64,000 bases of DNA from Azolla caroliniana (taxonomy: Eukaryota > Plantae > Polypodiophyta), in the NCBI GenBank assembly GCA_043228905.1, contig JBHGNT010000002.1, positions 5,518,001 to 5,582,000 of the forward strand, written 5' to 3'. Below, piece after piece: positions 52,801-64,000 of the stretch. Numbering within the stretch: the first letter of the stretch is position 1; every line of letters starts with the position of its first letter. The notes under the pieces were generated by a model. That model was given only the letters and a program-made list of their open reading frames with translations. It searched no databases and had not been told where the DNA came from. The translations under genes were made by a program, and so were the position numbers.

Positions 52801-55800
52801 AACTCGACATCTCAACTAACTTGGACCTGCTTTGTCCGGGGGTTATAACACTTATAACCCTTTTGCTCTTGAGCATAGCCGATTAGGATGCATTTTTCCG
52901 ATTTTGCATCTAGCTTCCTCCGCTTCTCATCCGGTACATGCACATATGCAATGCTGCCAAAGATCTTAAGGTGTCTCAAATTTGGCTTTCGCCCGAAATA
53001 CAACTCGTGAGCTAACACCTTGTCACCGATCTGATTCTGGATGTAGACAGCCGTTCGGACTACCTCCGCCCAGTAGAATTTGGGCATGCTCTTCTCCTCC
53101 AGCATTGCCCTTGCCGCATCAATAAGCGACCGGTTCTTCCTCTCGACAACACCGTTCTGTTGCGGTGTGTATCTGTAGCTGAACTCTCGCCGAACTCCCT
53201 TTTGCTGCAGATAACTATTGAATTGGCCGGAAAAGTATTCTTTTCCGCCATCCAACCGTAGGCATTTGATCTTACTCTCCTATTCCCGTTCCACCATGCT
53301 TTGGAGACTCCGGAAACACTCGAAGACTTCAATCTTCTGCTCAATGAGGTAGATCCATGCGTGCCGCGTATAGTCGTCGATGAAGGAGACGAAATATCGA
53401 CTCCCACCAAGACTAACATTCTGTGTCGGTCCCCACACATCCGAATGGATAAGGTCGAGCTTGTTACGGCTCCGGTTACATTCGGTAGGGAATGGAAGCC
53501 GGTGTTGCTTCCTAAGTTGGCAGGCTTCACATACTTGGGCCTTCCGGCCGCTGAACTTCGGCAAACCGAAAACAACTTGTTTCGTTTGCAAGTCTTGAAG
53601 CCTCCGGTAATTGACGTGGCCTATCCGCTTGTGCCACAGGTCAATGTCCAATTCGACCTTCTGTCCTTTTGCAAACAGAGCAGTGCCGACGTCATTGGTG
53701 TCGAGGATAAACATCCTCCCGTCTCTGCGCCCTTGTCCGACCGATACTAGGTTCTTCGTGATTGTCGGAACGTGTAATACGTTCATCAGCTTCCCCTTCT
53801 GTCTGACGTGGCTCAAAGGGACTTCTCTAACGTGCACGATTGGGTGAGTGTCATCTCCGGTTTCGACTACTCCTGGTTGATCCGGTTTCTCCAAAAAGGA
53901 GAACCACTCTTTGTGGCTCGTCATGTGGTTTGACGCTGTCGTAGTGTAATTCGCACACTACGTGAAAAATTACATTTTTGGTTTCTCCGGATAGGATATG
54001 GAGTACCCAGTGAGAAACGGATGAAGAAGGCCGGTGAGAGTCGATGAGAAATGGACGAAGAGGACCGGTAAGAAGGATCCAGTAAGAACCGGATAAAGAA
54101 AACTGACAAGAACCAGATGAAGCAGAACCGGCAAGAGCCGGATGAAGAAGGCCGGTGAGAGTCTCTCACTAGATGAAGAGACATATTTGTAAATAGAAGA
54201 AAGTATAAAATTATAGATTACATGTATAAGGCAAGAATCGAACCTTGCACCTCCATGTTAATAATGTTAAGCCTTATCATTATACTAGCGTATTATGAAT
54301 TTTAAAGTTATACTAAACTTTATCCCATGTAAAATTTCTAGACATGCATGGTACAAAAAGTTATTCATGTATAGACACTCGAGTTAGAAGAAAAGTTGAG
54401 ATAGAAAGCTAATCATGCACATGCAGTGTGCATGAAAACTAAAGATAGGAAAAGCATGATGCTTGCATGTGATAAACTTAGACTCTTCCAACACTATATA
54501 AGGAAGAGAGAAAGATGTATAGAGGTTGTTGATTATTTTACAAGGATTGGGATCAATCTAATAGATTCGTGGGATTCACGATTTTTTTTTCCATCTATTT
54601 CTCTCTTACATTCTAAGTATCAATTAATACACTATACTCATGGGATTCACGAGTTTCATATCTTCTTTCAAATATTTCTCTTTCTTGCAATCGATTCATA
54701 AGGAGCCTTATCTCATATTCTTCTTTCTCCTAGTCCAAAACCTCAGCAGTTCCCACCCGACTCATGCAACGATCCGGAGCCGAAAGGCACGACAATGCAC
54801 CGGAATCAACATACCACACTTCCTCCGATTTGGAAGTGGTCTTCTTCATGGAGTTCACCTCGTGCTTCATCACCAAGGTTGGCCTGTTACCGTTCTTGGA
54901 TCCTCCCGATCCCTTCGCGTAGTGTGAGCTTTGCCGGCCATCCTTGCTGGCCTTGCCGGATCCAAATTTGTCTGAATCGGCGCGTTTTCTCCAACACTCG
55001 CTTTCTTTGTGGCCTTTTTGCCACAGTACCAGCATTCCGTTGCAGTCTTCTCTTGCCGTCTTCCGATGCCACCATTACTCCCCCTGCTCCCAGAGGGTCC
55101 GGAACTGCTGTCACCACATTCTCTGTGCCTTTGTTCCTGGTCTTGTCGGCCGTCTCTATTGCGTGCCGACCCGCTTCATCCACCACGCCCACAGGACCGA
55201 TCTGATTCCCTATACAGCATCCGGTTGTCAATGGGTGCACTAGTTGACACACCGGCATGGTTCTCCTCTACAAGGAGCATCGACTGTAAGTCGAAAAATG
55301 ACGGCGTATTCTCCCTTGTACACACCGCCGTTCGGAACACCTGAACTTAGACACCAGGCCCCCAAGATAGACTTGTTCCATCTCGTCTTCCTCTACGGTA
55401 ATGTTTATAGAGGCAAGTGAGTCACATATCTCTTTGATCCGGGCCGTGTAATCTGCCACCGACATGTCCTTCTGTTGGACATTGCTCAACTCCTGTCGGA
55501 GTTGCAACTTCCGGGCAGTAGTGCTCGCGGCGAAAACCTTCTTCAGGTTTCCCCAAGCCTCCTTTGGCGTCTTGGCGTCTCGGATGTGGCTCAGCAGCTG
55601 GTCTCCGACACTGGTCGCGAAGCAGTACATCACTCTGCTTGCCGATTGTTCCCACACTGGGAAATCCTTATGTGCCACATCAGGCACTGTTTCGTTGACT
55701 CCTTCGATGAAACTCCAGTAGCCATGCCCAAGCAGGTACTGGTGCATCTTGTACGACCAAGATGCATAGTTGGATCTGTCGAGTTTCTCCACAGGGAGCG

Positions 55801-56300
55801 AGCTAACCATTCCTCTATCCATCACTTCTCTGTTTGCTGTTCTCACAACCTGTTAGGGTTTGCTTTCAAGCGTTTGTCGATTGCAGAGGTTCTCAACCCT
55901 CTCGCTCTGATACCATATAAGCGATTACTTGCGGAAGCGTTAGAAAACAGAGAAAGCAGAGAATACACAGAGTACACGGGGGAGACAGAGAGAGCAGAAC
56001 ATAAAAGCTATATTCAAAAACAATATAGACACTCTCTGTGTTTATAATTGTGCTCAGTAGCAACATTTATACAAGTCCTCATGGGACTAACAGAAGTATC
56101 ACGTACTTCAATGCTCACACGAGCATCTGACACTTACTACGAGACTATAACTACCTAGTAGTCTAAACTAATACTAGGCTTTCGGTTACCGATTGGATCC
56201 GGCTAACCGGCTCCCCAGCTCACCGGCTTACCGATCCGTCTCGCTCACCGGCTCAGGCTTATCAAGCTAATCCGGCTCCAGTTGAGCTTGCCGCTCAACA
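49811..56300 (-). mobile_element. Element G: near-complete Ty1/copia, interrupted by a D-family solo LTR
   Basis: 5' LTR 55916-56300. PBS TGGTATCAGAGC at 55904-55915. gag, PR, IN, RT (YVDD) and RH ([12 protein letters not shown]). PPT at 50137-50148. 3' LTR ~49811-50136 with its outer end eroded. Confidence 0.92.
53937..54794 (+). mobile_element. Solo LTR related to element D
   Basis: TGTCGTAGTG...GGCACGACA with ends homologous to the D LTR. TSD acgc/atgc inside the G protease (DSGAS codons). Confidence 0.88.
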
Positions 56301-57469
56301 TTGATCAAACACATAAATTGTCAATGCATGTCATCATTTTGTAGTCAATTTGCCCATTTCATTTTGATACCTTGAAGATGACAACAATCGATGAAAAAGC
56401 TATGAAAGTGAAGGACATCTTCAAAATAAATCAATATAAATAATGTTGAAAAGAGAAAAAAAGGGCCCATCAATGGACAACGCGATGAAAGAAGTAATTC
56501 CTTGTAAATCTTGGAGCAATCGTTCTTCGGCAACTGCACATGGTAGAAAAGTATTCAGACAAGTTTGTGAATTCTTGTTATTTTAACCAATATTTCATGC
56601 TTTGACTTTTTTAGCAACGTATTCGTAGCTATCATGATGCGATTATTTAAAGAATGGTTAAGGTTAGCAACACTCAATGCTCATACCTGTCTCAAATTTA
56701 TGGAGTCATGATGTCACATGCTTAAGAGTGTTATGCACAGCATAACCAAGTTCCTTATCACAAATCATTTGTGAGCATATATGAGGAAATATTTACAAAT
56801 GTCACATAATAAGATTGAAATATATATATAATCCAACTTTTCCTTGGTAAGACTCATGAGAAGAGAGTGGAGGATGTTTATGCTAAATTCGGGTTGTATG
56901 AGGCTCACATGGAGTTATGCGTTCGGGTAATGCTATGCTCTTCGAATGATGTGGTGTTTTGGAGTTGTTTTTGTGTTTCCTTTACACATATTATTTTCCT
57001 TTTGACATGCAAGTTGGCTTGTAAGATATGAGTTGTATATTATCCTATGTACATTGCCTTAACTAATGGAAGTTTTTTTTTTTTGGAAAAAAAAAAGACT
57101 CATGTTTTTCTTAGTCTCTTGTGGACCTCATATTGTGTCCATGTTCTTCAACTTGCTCGATTATCATGTAATATAATTTCTCTTAATGGGAAAAGAATAT
57201 TGTGGTTCAAGACTTTTATGTATCACAAGTGGGACTTGTATTCCCACGTGGATATTTTAGTGGTCACACATTTATGTATTCTTTTGTCGTAATTGTTTAT
57301 CTTTTAGCTCATATTACATGTCAATCAATGTATGATAAATGTATCAAAGACTATTAAAGAACTTTAAAATCATCATTCATGGTCATTGTTCTTTAATCAT
57401 TGTATTAAAGACAATAAAAAGACCTTAAAATTGATTTTCATGCTCATTGTTTTTTAATTCTTAATAAAA

Positions 57470-57965
57470 AACAAGGAAAGGTTTTGAAATCTTCTAAGAG
57501 ATAATGGCAAGTTCTCCAAGGTACTTGATTTCAATTTGATTCATTCTACCCATAATTAGTCATGCAATGAAATTCATTCATCTTAATAAAGGTTTAAGGT
57601 TGCATTTGATTCAACCGTATTTAGCCTTCCATATAACATTAATCTAATCATTGTTTCTGGTTAATATGCTTACTATTACATGAGCTTTGAGTGCATTTAA
57701 GTAATAGTTAAGAAATGGCAAGATTTCATCCTTGATAGGGATAAAGGCAGGAAAGGTTTCTGAAATCTTTGAGCAAATAATGGCATTGGCTTCAAGGTAG
57801 CTTATTTCATTTTGATTCATTTTATCCATCACTAGCCATGCAATAAAATTCATCAATCATAATATAGCTTTAAGATTGTATTTGATTCAATAGTTTTTAT
57901 GCTTCCATACAACATTAATTCAATCAATGTTATTGGTTAGAATTTTTACTATTGTATGAGTTTTT
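57470..57965 (+). repeat. Diverged ~275-bp tandem duplication containing the SDR start exon
   Basis: 57470-57690 and 57747-57965 align by eye. Confidence 0.8.
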
Positions 57966-58948
57966 CATGATTTATATAATTATAACAGTGCTATTGCTTT
58001 AATGGTTATGTAGTTTTTGGCCATGAGTCTCATCATTATTGTAATAAATTTGTATATAGTTTGTGTAAAATTAAACAAATTTATGTTTTTTTCAATGATT
58101 AACCTCCTATTTATTCTTTCTAATTTGTATTATTCATGTGGGTTAGGCTCGAGGGCAAAGTAGCCATCATCACAGGGGGGGCAAGTGGTATCGGTGAGGC
58201 GACCGCACGCTTGTTTGTTGAAAATGGGGCCTTGGTTGTAATAGGAGATGTCCAAGATGATTTGGGTACCCATCTTGCTAATGAGCTTGGCGGCCATGTT
58301 GCTGTTTATAAGCATTGTGATGTCACAATGGAGTCCGATATGGAGGGGCTTGTAACACAAGCAATGGCGAAGTGGGGAAAGCTTGACATAATGTTTAGTA
58401 ATGCTGGTATTCACACAAGTTTTAAGGGTGGGATGCAAAACGTGGATATAACGAACTTCGACAATGTGATGAATGTCAATCTACGTGGTATGGTCCTCGC
58501 CGTAAAACATGCAAGTAAGGTTATGATTGAGACCAAAACAAGGGGTGTTATTATTTGTACTTCAAGTATAGCGGGTGTTACTGCAACGATAACATCTATT
58601 GAGTACACAATTTCTAAACATGGTCTTCTTGGGCTTATGAAAGGAGCAGCTAATGATCTAGGAAAGTATGGTATTCGTGTGAATTGTGTTTCGCCATCAA
58701 TACTCGTAACACCACTATGCATGAAATACTTTCGTGATGTTTCTGGTGATCATTCGTTACAAGACCATGTGGTTCAAGATTTTGTTAACTCCGCTAATGT
58801 TCTTGTTGGTCATACATTCTCCGCATCAGATGTTGCAAAAGCTGTCTTATATTTAGCATCAGATGATGCTGCTTTTGTTAATGGCCACAACCTTGTTATT
58901 GATGGTGGAATAACTATTAAGGATCGAACATACCAAGAGATAAAGTAA
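57780..58948 (+). CDS. Short-chain dehydrogenase/reductase (ABA2/SDR2a/secoisolariciresinol-dehydrogenase-like); exon 1 at 57780-57796 (or duplicate 57504-57520), exon 2 at 58147-58948
   Basis: RLEGKVAIITGGASGIG, FSNAG, YTISK and VNGHNLVIDGG. Acceptor ttag| at 58146 splits the Arg codon, and ATG..AG|GT mini-exons lie upstream in the matching phase. Confidence 0.88.
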
Positions 58949-59458
58949 CTTTGCAAAGATACATTAACTTTACTATGGAAACAATCTATGATTATGTAAT
59001 AAATGAGTTGAATAACGTGAATGATGTCTTCAAATGTTAAGGTGGATGAATGTCTCATCTACACATACAAGCAAGTATGTGAAGGCTTATTGTAATTTGT
59101 ATACAATTTGTAAGTTTATACCATCTTCCTTTGTTACTTGAGTCATATTCACAAGCCATGCATGTGCAGCTACATGCACACACATGTGCACAAATATATC
59201 CGAGATCATTTTTAATGGTTACTGTTCTAATTTAGAGAATGATGCAGTTTAGACTTAACTGCATACATTGTCTTGGAGTAAACCCCACTCTATATTTGAT
59301 TTCTCCATCTGCTACCTACTCTTCCTGCAGATATTATTGCTTGAGAGGCTATTTCGGGAAATAGCAAAAACTTAGGAGCATTTGAGTTTTGAGGGGGGAT
59401 ATGCGCAACTATTTTCCAATATTTTGAATATCGATCTCTTTACTCACCATAATTGAGT

Positions 59459-62119
59459 TCACCTTCCTCCATATATCTGAGACATCATGGCATAAGCAGC
59501 AGAATCGTTGTCATCCAACTGCATTGCCTCCTCAAAAGCTTTCTCTCCAAACTTCACATTGCCGCATTTTTGACATGCACCCAATATACTGTGCCAAACC
59601 ACAAGATCAGGTGATGATGGCATTTTCTTCACCATTATTATTGCTTTCTCTAATTGACCCGATCGACAAAGAACATCAATAAGGCAACTTTGATGCTCAA
59701 TAGCCGGACTAATACCATAGTCTTTACTCATTGCCTCAAAGTAAGATTGACTCTTATAAAACAAGCCTGCTCGACTACATGCATTGAGAACGACAACAAA
59801 TGTTATCGGGTTAGGCCTTGGTCCTTCCCCTAGCATTCTATCAAACATACCGAAAACAATGTCGCTCTCGCCAAGTTGGGCGTATCCAGCCATGAGTGCA
59901 TTCCAGGGTACAATATTCCGTATAGGAAGCTTGTTGAACACTTGTTGGGCTTTCATGAGGGAGCCACATTTCGCATACATATCGACTAATGTGCTCCCGA
60001 CATAAAGATGAGTTTCTAACAACCCTTTACTTTCAATCTCAGCATGAATTTCACCTCCTCTGGCTGTAGCTCCTTGGTTTCCACATGCTTTTAAAGCACA
60101 CATATAAGTAACTGGATCCGGTGTTATACCTCCCTTTTTCATATCATCGAAGCAACGGATTGCTTCATTACCATGTCCATGTTCAGCATATCCTGTGATT
60201 AATGCATTCCATGATACCACGTCCCGAACCACAAGACCATTGAACACTTCTTGTGCTTTTGCAAGGTAGCCACATTTGGCATACATGTTGATTAAGGCAT
60301 TCGCAACCACAAGGTTTTTTCCCAACAACCCTTGTTTTACAATCTCTTCATGTATCTTACTTTCCTTTCCTGTGATGCCCAAGTTACCACAAGCTTTTAA
60401 ACAACAAGACAATGTGATGTCATCTGGATTGATACCATCAAAGCTCATCCGTTCAAAACAATCGAGAGCTTTTTCACTGTGACCATTTTCAACATAACCT
60501 TCAATTAATGCATTCCATGACACAACATTTCGAATCAGAAGCTTGTCAAAAACTTCCTGTGCCTTTGAAAGGGAGCCACATTTAACATACATATCAATCA
60601 AGGTGTTCCCAAGCACAAGGTCTTTATCAAGGAAACCCTTCCTTTCTATCTCGTCATGCAAATACTCTCCTTTCTCTAAGTCTTTCATACTACCACATGC
60701 TTTCAAGCAGCAAATATAAGTGACATTATCCGGAGAGATGCCCTCTGCTTCCATCTCTTCCAAACATATAAGGGCTTCTGACCCATTACCAGATTCAGTA
60801 TATCCTTCCATTAGTACATTCCAAGACACCACATTTCGAATTGGAAGTCGATCAAACACATGCTGCACAACATAATGTAACCCACATTTGGCATACATAT
60901 CAACTAATGCATTACCTATCATGACATCACTTTCCAAGAAACCTCGCTTTTCAATATCAGCATGTATATAATGTCCCTTTTCGGCATCCGGTACATTTCC
61001 ACATGCTTTCAAAACCCAAATAAACGTAACACCATCTGCACAAACATTTTCTTCTAGCATATGTTGATAGTTTTCCAATGCTTCTTGACCCTGGCCATTT
61101 TCAACATATCCTGAAATAACTGCAGTCCATGAGAACACATCCCGAACCGGAAGCTTATCAAACACTTCACAAGCTAAGACAATCGAACCACATTTCACAT
61201 ACATATCAATCAAAGCATTGCTGACGAGAATATCTTTTCCCAATTTTCCTCCTTTTCTTTCAATTTCTACATGAATTTCCTGACCCTTATTTAGGGCTCT
61301 GATGCTGCTACAAGCTTTTAACGCGAAAACAAATGCGACTGCATCCGGAGAAACACCATCTCTTTGCATTAGTTGGTAACATTCTAGTGCTTTCTCACAG
61401 TGGCCATTATCAACATACCCTGCAATAATCATTGTCCATGAAACAACATTTCGAATCTGAAGCTTACAGAGCGTTTGATGAGCTTTTGAAAGAAAACCAC
61501 ATTTCACATACATATCAATCAAGGTGCTTGCAACAAAAGGATCTGTCTCTAGGATTCCTATTCTTGCAACTTCAGCATGTATTTCAAGAGCTTTTTCCAC
61601 ATATTTTAGTTCTACGCATGCCTTTAACAATGCCACAAAAGTATACCCATTAGGATTCACGGACTTATCCTTTGTCATTTTCTCATAGATGATGAATGCA
61701 TGTTCAGGGGTGCCAATTTCAACATAACTTGAAATGAGAGTATTCCATGATCTCTCATTTCGATATACTAATTGATCAAAAAGATGATGCGCATAATGAG
61801 TGATTCCAACATCTATCAACATAAGGAAAAGTGTGTTTCCTAGAGATGGATGAGTTTCAAGTCCGTTTTCATGCATGTACACATACAATCTCTTTGCGTA
61901 TCCGGGGTTCCGAGCCAATCTACAGTTGTTTAAGATGCACACCAAATCCTCGAGAGTAGGATGAGGCAACAATCTCTTCTCCAATGTAAGCAAAGATGAT
62001 GCTAAGCTAATAACCTTCATGTCATGAAAAGCACACTGTTTTGTTGAATCTCTACGTTTGCTCTTGCCATAGCCTGTTCTTGAGCCCCTGAACCCTAAAC
62101 CTTGTATAGTACGTACCAA
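59459..62119 (-). CDS. PLS-class (E-type) pentatricopeptide repeat protein, probable organellar RNA-editing factor; start and 3' end uncertain
   Basis: Many NALIDMYxKCG...VVSWNALI triplets and a C-terminal HQSCLIDVLCRSG...WHSILGAC E-motif. First ATG in frame is at ~62020. No DYW domain in the ORF. Confidence 0.93.
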   Translation of the reverse strand: MVRTIQGLGFRGSRTGYGKSKRRDSTKQCAFHDMKVISLASSLLTLEKRLLPHPTLEDLVCILNNCRLARNPGYAKRLYVYMHENGLETHPSLGNTLFLMLIDVGITHYAHHLFDQLVYRNERSWNTLISSYVEIGTPEHAFIIYEKMTKDKSVNPNGYTFVALLKACVELKYVEKALEIHAEVARIGILETDPFVASTLIDMYVKCGFLSKAHQTLCKLQIRNVVSWTMIIAGYVDNGHCEKALECYQLMQRDGVSPDAVAFVFALKACSSIRALNKGQEIHVEIERKGGKLGKDILVSNALIDMYVKCGSIVLACEVFDKLPVRDVFSWTAVISGYVENGQGQEALENYQHMLEENVCADGVTFIWVLKACGNVPDAEKGHYIHADIEKRGFLESDVMIGNALVDMYAKCGLHYVVQHVFDRLPIRNVVSWNVLMEGYTESGNGSEALICLEEMEAEGISPDNVTYICCLKACGSMKDLEKGEYLHDEIERKGFLDKDLVLGNTLIDMYVKCGSLSKAQEVFDKLLIRNVVSWNALIEGYVENGHSEKALDCFERMSFDGINPDDITLSCCLKACGNLGITGKESKIHEEIVKQGLLGKNLVVANALINMYAKCGYLAKAQEVFNGLVVRDVVSWNALITGYAEHGHGNEAIRCFDDMKKGGITPDPVTYMCALKACGNQGATARGGEIHAEIESKGLLETHLYVGSTLVDMYAKCGSLMKAQQVFNKLPIRNIVPWNALMAGYAQLGESDIVFGMFDRMLGEGPRPNPITFVVVLNACSRAGLFYKSQSYFEAMSKDYGISPAIEHQSCLIDVLCRSGQLEKAIIMVKKMPSSPDLVVWHSILGACQKCGNVKFGEKAFEEAMQLDDNDSAAYAMMSQIYGGR

Positions 62120-62610
62120 AGCTTAAATCAATCTTACCTTATTCGTCCATAAGCATGGTAATGCTTCCATGTCCTGTTTCTCTATCCTCTGCCATTGCTG
62201 ATCCAAGCAAATTCAGGGTAATTTGCAGAAGTAGTCCTGAAGTCGGCCCAATTCACATGTCTAGCCCATGGCAAATTCTCCCCAAGGACGCCCCCAAGGT
62301 TTTTGACTCTCTTACTCGTTTGCCGACCATGGGACCCATCGAGAGGAGTATGTATACAAAGGGTTGGCTCATCATACGAAACTTGCTATCTTGTTTGCGT
62401 GAGAGGAAAAAAAGGGGTGGTTTCAAAAAACTCTCAAATACTACATTGGTACCATTGTGCTTAGATGAATGTAGCTTAGTAGTTATGATGGTTCAACAAA
62501 GACCACACTAATGGTCATGTGTTCTTTGGTTGGCAAGGAGAGAGAGAGAGAGAGAGAGATGGCTTATCAATGAGGCATGTCCTTTGTATATGTTGAGAGA
62601 GAGCTTCGTT

Positions 62611-63272
62611 TGTAAGTTTGTTTGAAGGAGACTTGAAAACTATGTGTCTGGTTCCTAGATTAGATGTTTGTCGCTTGAGTTAATGAGGTTATTTGGTAGA
62701 GACAAAAGGTCATGCATTTGACCCTTGCATTCAATTTATTACAATCGTAGACTACTGATAACGTAATTATTGAAAAGACTAAGGAGAATATAATGGTTTA
62801 AGGTACCTAATCAAGGTAAAATGTTGTCATGGATTAAGAATGTAAGTTTGTTTGAAGGAGACTAGAAAACCATGTGTCTGGATTAGATGTTTGTAGCTTG
62901 AGTTAATGAGGTTATTTGGTAGAGACAAAAGGTCATGCATTTGACCCTTGCATTCAATTTATTACAATCGTAGACTACTGATAACGTAATTATTGAAAAG
63001 ACTAAGGAGAATATAATGGTTTAAGGTACCTAATCAAGGTAAAATGTTGTCATGGATTAAGAATGTAAGTTTGTTTGAAGGAGACTAGAAAACCATGTGT
63101 CTGGATTAGATGTTTGTAGCTTGAGTTAATGAGGTTATTTGGTAGACACAAAAGGTCATGCATTCAATCTATTACAATCGTAGACTAATGATAATGTAAT
63201 TATTGAAAAGAATAAGGAGAATGATGGTTTAAGGTACCTAATCAAGGTAAAATGTTGTCATGGATTAAGAAG
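62611..63272. repeat. Tandem repeat, ~223-230 bp x 3
   Basis: Unit starts tgtaagtttgtttgaaggagact at 62611, 62841 and 63064. Confidence 0.95.
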
Positions 63273-63948
63273 TGATAAAACTTATGACAATCATTTATCA
63301 CATTCTTTCAACCCCCTACTTAGGTCCATAATGTTGATTCACCTTGGCTCAACTCATGATTTGCTTGACACTTTTGTGCTCAGTAATTAAAGCTTATTAT
63401 TTATTTGATTTATCTCTAATCTAACACTCTTGTACCCTAGACTCTCTGTGCCATTAATCTCTTCGTAGCCCACTTATCCTACTTTAACCCTCCATTAACC
63501 TCTTCTTAATTCACCATATCCTCCTCCTTATTAATCATACTCCATCCAAACTTTTGACATGATCTACTGAATCACTTCTTAAAACCAAATGAATCTGTCT
63601 TTAACACCTTCATCAATTGACGTGCTCGACCATGTTAATCTCTCCAAGAGTCGTAACCCTTCCACTTTGGTAATCATACCCCGTTTCGGAAATATCTCTT
63701 TCCGGATGTACTCAAATTGATCGGCAATTGAAATACTTGTGTATTCTGGTTCCTCGAGAAATAGCCCCATCGAGAAGAAGAAGAAGAAGAAGAAAAAGCA
63801 GAGCAAATAAATGAGACCATCTCACCAAGCAGGTTCCTCAAAATGATCGGAAGCCTATTTTTGTAGTTTCCTCAAACATAATATATACACGCACTCTTCT
63901 TCTTCTTCTTCTTCTTCTTCTTTGAAGTTCTGCGTGTGTGCAGGTTTA

Positions 63949-64000
63949 ATGGCGATGTCGGAGCAGCAAGCCGAAACAGCAGATAATGTCGACCTCGATG
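63949..64000 (+). CDS. Start of an unidentified gene (MAMSEQQAETADNVDLD...) after a 5' UTR intron
   Basis: (CTT)n pyrimidine tract and tgcag| acceptor at 63943, then ATGG. Runs off the window. Confidence 0.45.
   Translation, partial: MAMSEQQAETADNVDLD

Noticed and set aside
58136-58146. ATG at 58136 as the SDR start
   Set aside because: It lies in the intron 3' end before the AG acceptor, and upstream mini-exons fit the split Arg codon.
62611-63272. CRISPR-like array
   Set aside because: Long near-identical units with no unique spacers, no cas genes, and a eukaryotic context.
63579-63806. Short minus ORF with LLERLTWSS, faintly like 2-oxoglutarate dehydrogenase E1
   Set aside because: Similarity covers only a few residues, with no supporting exons.

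Overview
Eukaryotic land-plant DNA, probably from a non-seed vascular plant such as a fern (inferred from Tcn1-like chromoviruses, Ylt1/Phygy/Selgy-like gypsies and a long PLS-class PPR gene). About 56 kb is a nested retrotransposon pile: Ty1/copia elements, a LINE remnant, two Tcn1-like chromoviruses nested one inside the other (A and B), a GC-rich tRNA-Trp-primed gypsy family (C, C'), a pol-less gag-only relative (D), solo LTRs, an extra-ORF 3' region with its LTR (H) and a decayed chromovirus (F). A 100-N gap lies at 20904-21003. Host genes are a probable MOB1 first micro-exon (minus, ~6.3 kb), an SDR oxidoreductase, a PPR gene and the start of another gene at the right edge. Main observations: (1) all five scorable insertions with TGTCGT...ACGACA ends sit at 4-bp sites centred on CpG; (2) several unrelated LTR families carry an antisense tRNA-like A-box/B-box cassette; (3) the Tcn1-like elements show covarying Tf1-type self-priming complementarity, perfect heat-shock elements and a conserved GUUAAAC plus hairpin frameshift signal; (4) a young gag-only element is inserted in its likely autonomous partner. 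All calls come from reading the sequence; no searches were run.
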